Source: Orbicella franksi (taxonomy: Eukaryota). Taken from it: DNA of 64,000 bases. The notes beneath the pieces are model-generated. The model saw nothing but the letters and a program-made list of their open reading frames with translations. It had not been told where the DNA came from and made no database searches. Positions 25,529-36,093 of the stretch are shown piece after piece. The translations under genes and the position numbers were made by a program. Location of the stretch: contig OZ116704.1 in NCBI GenBank assembly GCA_964199315.1, forward strand, positions 14,384,001 through 14,448,000, in the 5' to 3' direction. Position 1 is the stretch's first letter. Every line of letters starts with the position of its first letter.

Positions 25529-25821
25529 GTAAGTAGCTGTGTTCCGCTTCAGAGCAATCGTTGTTGGTATTGAAGATCATCATTTTTACAAAATGATGGA
25601 CTTAAGCGTCACCTTTGGATTAGGCTGTTTTCGATTTATGCTAAATTTTGGTGATAACTAGACCGGAACGTAGCCGGAGCGTCTTTAGATAGATCAGTTC
25701 TGATGGGTTGACCAAACGTTTGTTGAAAAGCGCGGGATCAGGCGAAATACGTTGTACTTCAGTTGATAATTTCTCGTGGCGCAAACATAGAGCGAAAAAG
25801 TTTCTTCGTGTACCGTCAGTT

Positions 25822-26098
25822 ATGCCAGGGAAATCGAGATTGAACGCTAACAGCAGTCGTGACGCATGTTATCCAAAGAAGAAGGCAAAAAAAAATCGAG
25901 AAGAAACCTAGTAGGAAGAAAACTTCCAACGGTCGACGCAGAACTAAAACGGCGACGCAAACGGTTGTTTCGCCACGACGTGCTCCAAGTAACGTATATT
26001 GTTAGTCATTAACATGTTTTTTCTTTGCAATTCTGCGACCTAACGCTTGTTTTTATAACTCTATTTCAGAGTGGTGTGCCTCCTGTACCCTGACCTAA
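25822..26098 (+). pseudogene. Cassette I, polybasic CaaX peptide with one extra A (real or sequencing error); corrected 64 aa ends ...SPRRAPKWCASCTLT
   Basis: The A9 run at 25887-25895 is one base longer than the aligned segment of F. Exon 25822-25988, intron 25989-26069, exon 26070-26102, then AAG|GTGAGT. Confidence 0.7.
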
Positions 26099-27499
26099 CA
26101 AGGTGAGTTGAACATTTTTTTACTTTTTTCTTGAGTGAAAGTGATTTCCGTTATCAAGTTACCACCCACGTCTTGCAAGACGGTGTTGCGTGTGATACGA
26201 AGATGCGATTTTGTAAAATTAGGAATTGCTGGCGAAATAGATTATTTTAACGGTAAAATTAATTGCAAGATGCATCCATTTTGTACTCTATCATGCAGCC
26301 AGCTGAATGAGAAATAAAGAATGTCGTTACATATTTCAAAGGCCGAACGTTCCTTCTTTCTCCTTGAATTGCTTACAAACATGTTTCTAGGGCATCGCTC
26401 GAAAGGAGCCGAAAGTAACATCTAAAAAAAAAATTAGCTTGTACATTTATCGCCGCAAATCGTGCAATAATTCTTTTCTTAAAATCACCAAATTAGCAAA
26501 ATCCCATCGAAAACGTTTGAATAATTTGCTTCATGAGAAACGTTTAAAGGGAAAGGATACGCTCTTGCTTAAAGACTAACGCAAAATGGAGGCCGTATGT
26601 GCAGTTTGCACTTAAGCACCGCTCAAAACACGAGAAAGAAACTAGCTGATTATTGTGATAGAGAAAAGCATTAGAGACACTGGCTACATCGCCCAAATGT
26701 TTCACAACACCTAACATACAGGGACTTCCATCTTAGATGATCTATAACTCTGCATTACATTGCTCTCTTCCCCTGAGATAAATTATTTTGTCTTTCAGCA
26801 ACCAAGAGGAAGAAAGAAGAGAGGATGAAGACCTTGGAAACAAGAAAGGATGATTTATCTCTTCTTACATTGACCAAGTTTAGCTGTTACTATTTGGTTG
26901 CAGGCCTCAGTCAGCATTGAAAGACTTTAGCAATTTTATTGCAGTTTTCTTCGAGTTTCTGTAGTTTTGTTCAAAATATTTATCACAAAGATTAGGCTAG
27001 TTCTTTGCACCTTTGATGATATTATATCCAAGTCTATTTAAAGACGTGTACGGCACTTTGAAGTTGAATTTCTTCTGCACAAGAATAGCACTGTTTGTTT
27101 CATGAACGTTGGAAGCATTCCATCATTTTGAGCTTTCATTTCTAGTGTGAACTTTGCAAGAGTCAAGTACTGATGTTGCGGAACACAGCTTTGTGAAATA
27201 AACATCATATGGAAAGTATCTTCAGTTGCGTTTTTGTTTCTGGCTTACACGTGGTGTTTCGTTAGATGATAGATGAGGGTAAAACATTGATTCTCTGACC
27301 ACGTTAACAGACCAATTTAGCAGAGAATACACAACTAGCTTCGCGCTCAAAAATGGTCAAAGGGAATTAAACGAATATTATTTGTAATTAGTTTTTTAGG
27401 ACAGTAGGTAGTTTTGGTACTTTTAGTAGTTTTAATTATTGTATATTTTATATTTTAGATCTGTGATTTGTATTTCTTATTAACAAGAGCTGAATCAAA

Positions 27500-27667
27500 A
27501 TGTCCAAGAAATCCAGAGCAACAGATAACGCGCCGATGGATGGGCCTAATAAAAGGCGCAACCAAAGAAGTGTAAATATTGAGATAGAACCAACTGCTGT
27601 AGATGTAGTATATCAGGAACCCGATGCGTTAGGTACCGGGAAAAGAGAAAGAATACCTAACGAGTAG
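27500..27667 (+). pseudogene. Cassette J, divergent leader-only remnant MSKKSRATDNAPMDG...
   Basis: Aligns with B (MPGKSRATANLPLDAG) at KSRAT-x-N-x-P-x-D. No CaaX exon was found, and a transposon is inserted 100 nt downstream. Confidence 0.45.
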
Positions 27668-27767
27668 TCCCACCGTTAAAGAAGGCACTCAAAACCAACA
27701 GATTGAGTGAGGGATAGCAGAGAAATTTCTCTTCTACTGAAGACACCCCGAATCCACAGGATAGTGC

Positions 27768-28464
27768 CAGGGCTTCTGATATTTCGCGCGGTCGCGGAGC
27801 TGCGAATTTCATGTAAATCCGCAAAATGCCGCGGAATTCACCAGAAATCGTACCAAATACATGTCGGTACAACATATTTGAAACTTATCTTGGCTGTTGG
27901 GGCTGTTTACATGCAGTAAACTTGCAAATTTATCGTGAAACTTCGTCACCGGAAAGAGTAAACAACATCCCAAAACTACCAGGCGTTCTTGGAGTAATGT
28001 TGCGAAAAACTGGGCACTCTCTGTGGCCACGACGTAAAAAGCTTTGTCATTGGCGCATTTCTTGAGCGCATTGTTGTTAAAAGAGCAAATGATGATCACT
28101 GTTAAAATAAGCTCTTGTCAAACAAATACAAACACGCAAGATAATCCAAATTTTCCTGCGAAAGTAAATCGCCGGTTTTACAAAGGCAAAACGGTATTTC
28201 TGTTACTGCATAGGCTAACAGTCGTAATTTTCCGAAAAAGTTGGCAAATTTGCTGTCTTTTTTTAGTTAAAAACGTTCGCCAAATCGGTGCAAAACCGAT
28301 CGCTTTCCAGCGAAATGCGCCCAGAAAATGCCCACAAAATCGGCCGTTTTTACCGATCGTTTTTCAGCGAAATTTGCCCTGAAAATCTCCTCCAATTTCC
28401 CGCGAATTTTTCTCGGAAAATCCCGCGAAATTTGACCTTTTTCCGCAACCTATCAGAAGCCCTG
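27768..28464. mobile_element. Non-autonomous TIR element (hAT-like CAGGGC ends), 6-bp TSD
   Basis: TIR CAGGGCTTCTGATA / TATCAGAAGCCCTG, with TAGTGC on both flanks. Confidence 0.88.
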
Positions 28465-28905
28465 TAGTGCGGATGTACGTACCACTAAGTTACATTTTTC
28501 TGGTGTATCTTAATCATGTAACGTTTTTACCGACAGAAATCGTTAGCCATTCCCTCAGCATTCGAGCAAAAAATACATTATACAGGAACATCATTTATTT
28601 TGCCCCTAAAGCCAGCGACAAACTAGACGATATGCCCTATATGCTCACTGCTACTAACACGTGCTTTCACTAGCATTTCTGATCTCCGCTACGAGCCTCG
28701 AAATCGTCGATATGTCTGACATGTCAAATATCATCTAAAAAATCCGAAGGTGATTTTGCAGCAGTCGATGAGCGTGTTAACAGCGAATTGCGCCGAAATT
28801 CGTTTGCGATTTTCGCTAGGTATGAAAATCGCCGCGACAACGCATTGAATCGACTGGTGTGTGGCTGGCATAATATCACTTATCTTCTACAACCTGCTCG
28901 AGAGA

Positions 28906-28993
28906 TATAGAGGATATTACATGCCCGCTTGTGGATACGAATTTTATCTTCGAGAGTTCAACTCGATATCTCACGAGCGAGCGCAGCGAACTC

Positions 28994-29029
<36 letters not shown>

Positions 29030-29414
29030 GTATCCACAAGCGGGCATGTACTATTGTGTTTATTATATAAACATACTAATGACGACGTTTTTGACGATTC
29101 TCCGAAGATTTCCGACCACTTTCCGAAGATTTCCGAAGATTTTCTAAAATTGTTCCGAAGGCCAGATTAACGCTTCCGAACATTTTCCAACCATCTTCCG
29201 AAGATTGCAGAAGAAGACCGAAGAAGATCCGAAGATGTTTCGATCATACATCGACAAATTTAAGTGTAGTTAAAGGGAGAAAAGAAAAATGTTATAAAAA
29301 AGGAATGATATCTTCACAGTGTGAGAGATAAAAAGTATCTTCACTGCACGCGATGAAGATATGATTTTTTAGTAAAAGGAAAACTCCTGGTATTTCACTG
29401 GTGTTTATATAATA
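28906..29414 (+). repeat. Interspersed repeat with a long 5' hairpin and TTCCGAAGA sub-repeats
   Basis: 59-bp arms at 28919-28977 and 28991-29049 with 3 mismatches and a 13-nt loop. Confidence 0.85.
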
Positions 29415-30006
29415 AAACTGAATATCATGATTTTTCCCTGCAGATTTCAGAGGACAAAGAAAAGGAAAAAGACAAAAACTAGGAGTTGTTCAATGATGAA
29501 AATCGTCTAGCCGAATAACAGTTCTTGTCGTATACAGACTTATTGTGAGTTCCCTGTTGTAATGCGCACCCTTTAGCACTTCTGAAATGTATTATATGAA
29601 ACGCTTGTCAATGCCGTAGAGATTGTTCGCAGGTCCTCGTTGCAATGTCTGATAGTAACGCGCACATTTAAACTCGACATTTTAAATTCTGTACTATGTT
29701 ATATGAAACGTTTATTAAATATGTTGCGGTGAAAACATATCACTTGGTGTATCCATCAATGAAGTGTTACTGGGCAAGGGAGGGTCACTAAAACGAGTGA
29801 TTATTTCTTATATTCTCATCAACTTTCTCATGAACATGTATTGAAATTGTCAAGAGAAAACGGATATTGATCACTTTTGAAAAATTTTTAAACAGACAAA
29901 TTTAGAAAAAGTACGGAAAATACATTATAAGAACCTATCACGCTTTATAAATTTCATATTCTCCATTCTCCAAATCCCGCGGGTTGTGAAAAATATTTGA
30001 AGGATA

Positions 30007-30174
30007 ATAAACTCAATAGCCTCCATTTAACTTGAAAAATATGTCCGGATATTTGTCTTTAGACATTATCTGTTCCTCGAAGCTTACAAATTTCCTATCA
30101 CTTCACGGGACAGGTAATGTCCGCAGACAAATATGTGGGCATATTTTCGCGCCCAAAGGGTGGCTATTGGTTAT
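30007..30174. repeat. Palindromic repeat remnant
   Basis: Arms AATAGCCTCC..AATATGTCCGGATATTTGTC..GACATT and AATGTCCGCAGACAAATATG..GGCTATT. Confidence 0.7.
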
Positions 30175-30199
30175 GTGTGGCCACATTCACCACGCGTGA

Positions 30200-30373
30200 A
30201 TGCTAATTCTTTGGATGCACTGTCACGCAATAAAAAAATAATTCAAAAACCATTCAGTATATAAAGTCAAGAAATTTTGATGTTATAGGAGATAAATAAA
30301 GAAGACACTTCCCAAATTTTAGGTCTGTACGTTTTCCCAAACTTCAAATATTCGTCGAAATATTTTGCGCAAT

Positions 30374-30407
<34 letters not shown>

Positions 30408-30600
30408 ATACCTCCATGGTACACCAACATGGCAGCCGGAAAATAGTGTAAACATCCAGAACTTACTTTGGCTATCTAGGCGACTGATTATCTGAACTGA
30501 TCAAGCACACATTTAAATAAGCACTTTTCCTAATACTTTAACTTCTAAAAAGGCTTAAAATCACGAGATGAAATATCTTTCTCGACAAACGCGTTCATAG

Positions 30601-30633
<33 letters not shown>

Positions 30634-30797
30634 CAAAATGTGCCTGTTCAAAATGTGCCGGACGAAGCAAGCTGTTGAGGTGAAACTCGGTTAACAGATA
30701 TGAATTTACCGCCTCTTGTGCCTGATGAGGATAACAACTTTGGTGGCTCTTTAGTTTCGGTTTTTAGAAGGTGATGACGTCACGTGCATACCAAGAT
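30200..30797. mobile_element. Probable non-autonomous DNA element
   Basis: Internal palindrome GCCGCCATGTTGGT..ACCAACATGGC(A)GC and end TGACGTCACGTGCATACCAAGA. Recognised as a repeat pattern only; the boundaries are approximate. Confidence 0.45.
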
Positions 30798-31083
30798 TAA
30801 CAAAAACGTGAATTCATGCATAAAAATTGTTCTTTACTCGAAAAATGGCCAATTTTAATCGAGTATCGTTACTTGATAGAATAAACAAACTGATCTTTTC
30901 GGGCCAGTAACTAACTCGATTGCGAGGCGCCTGATTCATTGGAAATTCACGGCATGCCTGAACTAATAGAGAGGAATTTAGAGAATGCGCACAAGGACAT
31001 TTCATCCCAGTCACCCGCGTTTTGTTCTTCCGCGCACAAAAACCGAAGCCCTGGGTCGAAAATCGCACTTAAGAGTCACACAA

Positions 31084-31247
31084 ATTTGCCACTTTAGAAC
31101 GGGAAGAAACCTGGGGCGGGTCTCATCTCGCAGTAGCTTGTGAGGCCGTTACTAGGCACAAAGCTATATTGTTTCCAGTAACGATCCCACAAGCCATTGC
31201 AAGATGAGACTCGCTCCAGACTTCTGCTGGTTTCTAAAGTAGCGAAT
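31084..31247. repeat. Imperfect palindromic repeat, about 60-bp arms
   Basis: ACTTTAGAA..GGTCTCATCTCGCAGTAGCTTGTG versus CACAAGCCATTGCAAGATGAGAC..TTCTAAAGT. Confidence 0.7.
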
Positions 31248-31590
31248 GGAAATTTCGCGTGGCGTTCAAGCCAAGTTATCCTGTTTATCTAGATGATCAA
31301 AGGAGTTCTTTATGTGCAAACATGTAACCAGCATAAACAAATGTCCAAAAGAAGAAATGAGGAAAATACTAACCCGAGATATTAGAAAGGCAAGACAACA
31401 AAGTGGCAAACGAGAAAAAACGAACAGCTAAAAAGAATGCCATGGATATCACGATCTCGTGGCGAAGAAATTTCGTTTGAGACCGAATCTAACACCAGAC
31501 AATGAAGCAAAAGAAAGCATCCTCTATTTTAAAGACCCGTTTCCTTTCGAAGCAGGTGTCTCCTGAATTGCTCATCCGTCTTCATTGCAG

Positions 31591-31640
31591 CGTATGAGCA
31601 GACAAGGTGCTTTTCATTGTGAAGCAAGTTGAAACTGAAG
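31591..31640 (+). other. Outlying CaaX-like micro-exon K (YEQTRCFSL*)
   Basis: Acceptor TTCATTGCAG, phase-1 reading CG TAT GAG ... TGC TTT TCA TTG TGA, donor AAG|GTAAGT 18 nt after the stop. The first exon is uncertain. Confidence 0.4.
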
Positions 31641-33180
31641 GTAAGTGATTGAAACTGAGGAACAACATCGAAGAATAGATTGCGCGCATTTGGCCTGTGA
31701 TTTTTAAACCAAAATTCTGTCGATTTTTAAAATCAAAATTCTATTCGGTCTGGTTCGTCTTCTTTTGAAGTCTAAATTGTTTTCGTTTAGAAAACCAGTC
31801 TTCGTACGAACGAAGAAAAGCCATTCTTTGAGTCGGTAAAGACGACTGTAATTCAAGCGAATTTTCGCAATTGTTACGCACTTTAAACTTCACTCATATT
31901 CCAAAAGAAAGACTCTATACAACTGGCAAGTAGATAAATCCGGCCCGACCATTAATTTTTATGACCTAGTTGTTTTAAAGTAGCAGTATCGCAAACGACA
32001 GGCTATACGTTTACGATCAACAAATTCGGAAAGGACAGCAAAACACGAGCCTAAAATTAGACCTCCATAGCTCTAAATCAAACGATTAAGTTGCATATTT
32101 CACAAGCTAGTGCAATTCTGCGGCTTCCGCTTTTCTACTAACAAACGGTTTCATTTAACGTATGCGCTTGAATAATGAAGAAAAGAATTGAAATAAAATT
32201 CCTTTGTCTCATTCAAAACAAGCAAAAGATCAACGATTTTTGATAAAAAGACGATGACAGAAGTTTTAAGGTTATTCAGGAATTAAAAGTTAAGCAAGGT
32301 GTAATCCCTCCCAGCCAGAAATGCTTTCCAGTTACGATTTTAAGTTACCTGTAAAGGTTGGTCAAAATCAACACTGAAGAACAAATTATTTATTACGGAG
32401 TCACTAATCGTTATTTATAAAACTAAATTCAAAGTTAATTAGCGCTCATTAATACAGCTAAGCCTAAACAGGCTGCTTTAAAGATTCACATGTACGAGTA
32501 AGGCGTTTAATTTTCTCGAATATTAATTATATAGAGGTTGATTTTTGAGGTTATAGTCTGTGGTAACGAGTGTTACTTAATATCATGTTAATTGCACTCG
32601 TAAATTAAAATCGCATTATCGGAGAAAGAGTAACCTACACATTATTTCCCGTTGTTTATTTTTAAGCCGCGGAATGTAGTTATTCAAACAAAGGAATTCT
32701 ACCAATTAAACTTGTAAACAACTTTGCGTACAGTAATCTAAGCTCGCTTTCTAAACACAGAAACTAGTTCAACGGTTTAAATTACGAAATTCTTGCCGCG
32801 ATTTAACAGATTGAAACTGTATTTTGGAACAACGTGATCACAAGAATCGTTAGCGGTTTCAAGGATGATAGCGCAAATGAGTACAGTCGCTGGGGTATCG
32901 CTTGTTCCTAATTTATAACGCAAATGTCATCAAAATCCCAATTGAAACAATCACAGAGACAAGCATGCATGCAATTCACAACGTAATATCAACGCTCAAC
33001 TGCGCACTACATGCGGCGATTTACAACCACCGCAAGTTGTGGGAAGTAGCTAACTGAACATCGATTAACCTCTATTTTCCTGTAGTGGTATACTCTACTC
33101 TTCCTCACAATCTCTAGCGTTTTACTGTTACTAAAGAACGTAGCACAAGTCCTGGCATTAGGCTAACTGCAAGATGGAAT

Positions 33181-33321
33181 TCAATCCATGAAGATCTTAT
33201 CGATCGGTCTCACAATTATCCTAATGAAACAGGCACAAGACAACAGCGAGATATAGCTCATCATCACGCACACTATAAAAATTGCGGTACCTGGAGAGCG
33301 CCCTTCAATGCAGTTCGACAT
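33181..33321 (-). CDS. Candidate 46-aa single-pass microprotein MSNCIEGRSPGTAIFIVCVMMSYISLLSCACFIRIIVRPIDKIFMD
   Basis: ATG-to-TGA sORF with a roughly 24-residue hydrophobic stretch. An X-box-like GTTTCCATAGCGAT (33494-33507) and a CCAAT (33538-33542) lie upstream. Confidence 0.35.
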   Translation of the reverse strand: MSNCIEGRSPGTAIFIVCVMMSYISLLSCACFIRIIVRPIDKIFMD

Positions 33322-34831
33322 CACCGAGTATCTTCGTCTTTAACTTCTTCCCTAAACATGCTTCGAAAGGATCTTTGTTTGTTCTAACCCCTTGCGGGCT
33401 TTGTTCTTATCACACAGCCTAGACGCGCACAGTATCAGCTTTGTTGCCGTTAAGACTGCAAAAGCGCAGCTATCACACACGTAATCAAGTGGCGTTTCCA
33501 TAGCGATATAATGCGTGGCTTTTAAAGGCGGATTCCTATTGGTTGATTAATCTGTCGTGACACGCGCGCACGCTCGCATGCTTTCTTTTTGTCGGCTTTT
33601 TTCAATAGCTGCCAATTTGCACGCGCATTTTATCTTTGCGGCATTTGAAATAATGTGCGCTTTCATGATTGTAGAAAAGATAAGTAGTCTATAACCTGAA
33701 GGCTCGATCGAGAACACGGTACTACAAACTAACAATTTCATGGCTTTTGTAACCCATTTGAGCTTTCAGTTTTAAAGAAAAGCTTAACAAAACGTACCCT
33801 TAAGTGTCATGGGAATTTTAAACGTAATTTCTGTACAAAATTCTTATCGTTTCAACCATCTTAAAAAATATATTTCTTAGACATTAAGGCGCTCTTTCAA
33901 ATGAACAAGCGTCTCTCGTTTGCGGGGATACAATGGTTTTTAACGCAACATTTGTTGTAGTAACACTTTGGCAGTTTCTCATAATCACGGGCCTCGACAA
34001 CCTACAACAGTTTCACCCGAACGTCTTGGAGTTGCTACTTTGCGCCCAAAGTTTCCAGAAGTTTGTAATACTGCTTTGTTGTAAGTTGTCTGGCGTAACG
34101 TGCATGAACACAAAAATTATCGTCCACGAAGCATACAGCTTTGAAACCAAAGATTAAATACCATCACAAGCCATTCGAGTAGACTGACTTATCTAGGATT
34201 ACTTACGCCCTGTAATTAAAATATCACCCACTATGAACAACGAAAACACAACAATCCTTAAAAACACATGTTAGCGCGTCCGCTCCCAGAAATGACATTA
34301 AGAAGCCTGCGACGATTTTTACTTTATCTTATTTTAAACTCATTACTGCCCAAAAATCTTACTAATATTTGATAATTATGCTGGCGGTTAATGAAGTTGT
34401 CTGCCTAAGGTGTCTTTAGTTATGTCTAGAGCTAAATACTTTTTGCTGTATACTGCGCGCACGAAAAATCCTTGCTTGCAATGTGACCAAGTTTATACAA
34501 ACAATTATAAATTCTGCACATAAGAACAAAGCTTGAATGACAGAACAGATAAGTATAGAGCTTGAACAAACCAATTTTAATTAATTTTTTTTTTCACCCG
34601 GTTTACTTTAAGCTGTTTTACTAACTAAACAAAGTAAAAGATCATGAAAAAGAATTCTCACACATCATTGTTATGAAATAAAATTAGATTGCTAATTAAA
34701 ACAAGACGATAAAGTAAAATGCTTAAAAATTTTACCCACATTAAATTTAAATACAGTAAATGATCAGTAAAAGAACAAGACATAGCCCTTTACTGCAAAA
34801 CAATGGAATATCTTTTTATTATTTTTGAATA

Positions 34832-35136
34832 GGTAATGGTAAAAAGTAAAGTCTGCATACGAGCCAAGTGGCCCATCAGGCTGCAGCTTATCTCAGTTTC
34901 TGTAGCATGAAGCAATTAGGAATATTTCTATTCCCCCCTGGATGGGATGCTAGTCCATCACAGGGTTACCCCCAGCATCAAGGTGGCCAGTACCCATTTA
35001 TACACCTGGGTGGAGAGAGGCACTGTGAGAGTAAAGTGTCTTCCCAAAGAACACAATGCAATGTCCCCAGCCAGGGCTCAAACCCAGATTGCTCGATCCG
35101 GAAACAAGGACACTAACCACGACACCACTGCGCCAC
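34832..35136 (-). mobile_element. tRNA-derived SINE, near full length
   Basis: Same family as the 6695 copy, with A-box and B-box-like head and TTACC-repeat tail. Confidence 0.88.
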
Positions 35137-35520
35137 ATTATTCTTTTCTTTCTTTTTTCAATAATAATTGTTTAATCAACTTCATTTAATACAATTTCTT
35201 TATAACTTTGATTTATTTTTTGTTACTGTATAATTATGTTTATTAGTAGCAATTGTAAATTGAAAGTCTTTGTTTCATTGCAGGCTATAGATGATTTAAA
35301 TCTTAGTACCAGCTTTGCCTAACCTCTGAGCTACAATATGGTTGTCTGACACATGAGCTGGACTACAATTTAATGTAGACAGTACTTTTCACAAGTTTTC
35401 AAAAAGAAGTAAATGTGCCACTCCTCTATTTTGGCCATCTAAGAAGATTTGGCAAAAATTTAAGACAGACTAGGGTGCAAAGGAAACCAAATTTTTGGCT
35501 TGCTCTTTATGCAAGCTCTA

Positions 35521-35633
35521 AGGGACAGAGCATAACTTTTTGAGTGGGGAGGGAGAGGGTGGGAGCTGGGCAATTTCCAAAAAAGATTCCTACACAACTA
35601 CATTTAAGACAGCTGAAAAACATTGTGCCACTG

Positions 35634-35670
<37 letters not shown>

Positions 35671-35871
35671 AGCAAGTGCTTTCTACTATCCAGGTCCTGT
35701 GTTTGACTTTAAAAAACTCTTGCACAAGCTATTGCCCTCCCCCCTCCTTCCCCACCCCGAAAAAAAAAAAAAAATTTAATGCACAATCTAAAGACAAGAA
35801 GAAAATATTCATGCTCCAGAATATTGCCCAACCCCCACCTCCCCTCCTCCACAAAATAATGGTCCATCCCT
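35521..35871. mobile_element. Old MITE with purine/pyrimidine and poly-A tracts
   Basis: Degenerate TIRs AGGGACAGAGCAT / ATGGTCCATCCCT. Confidence 0.55.
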
Positions 35872-36093
35872 GACTATGATGTATATACTAGTGCATCATA
35901 GCCATTCTTACAAGCCCTAGAAAATTTCATGTCTTTCGGTACTTCTGGTATTTGAATGTGCTCAAAACGTTTCCCAAAGCACTTCATGCAAGTTGAGGAA
36001 TCTACTAGTCCTAAGCTATCAGACACAATTTTCTTTGCATGCTGCAAACTCGCATAGCTATCACAGTTTACAAAGTTAAGCCTGCTTCTATGC

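Larger units (their letters stand above)
12610..27370 (+). repeat. Tandem segmental duplications carrying the CaaX cassettes
   Basis: Short spacer at 12610-13300 and 21190-21895. Long spacer at about 13600-16300, 17115-20015 and 22200-24566, with a diverged copy at 26100-27370. Homologous flanks surround cassettes C/E/H and D/F/I. Confidence 0.95.

Noticed and set aside
11867-26098. CaaX peptides as G-protein gamma subunits or small-GTPase tails
   Set aside because: They share CTIL/CIIL endings with G-gamma but lack the GGL helices and DPL/NPF motifs. The conserved ATG plus leader and the absence of GTPase exons argue against alternative tails of a larger gene.
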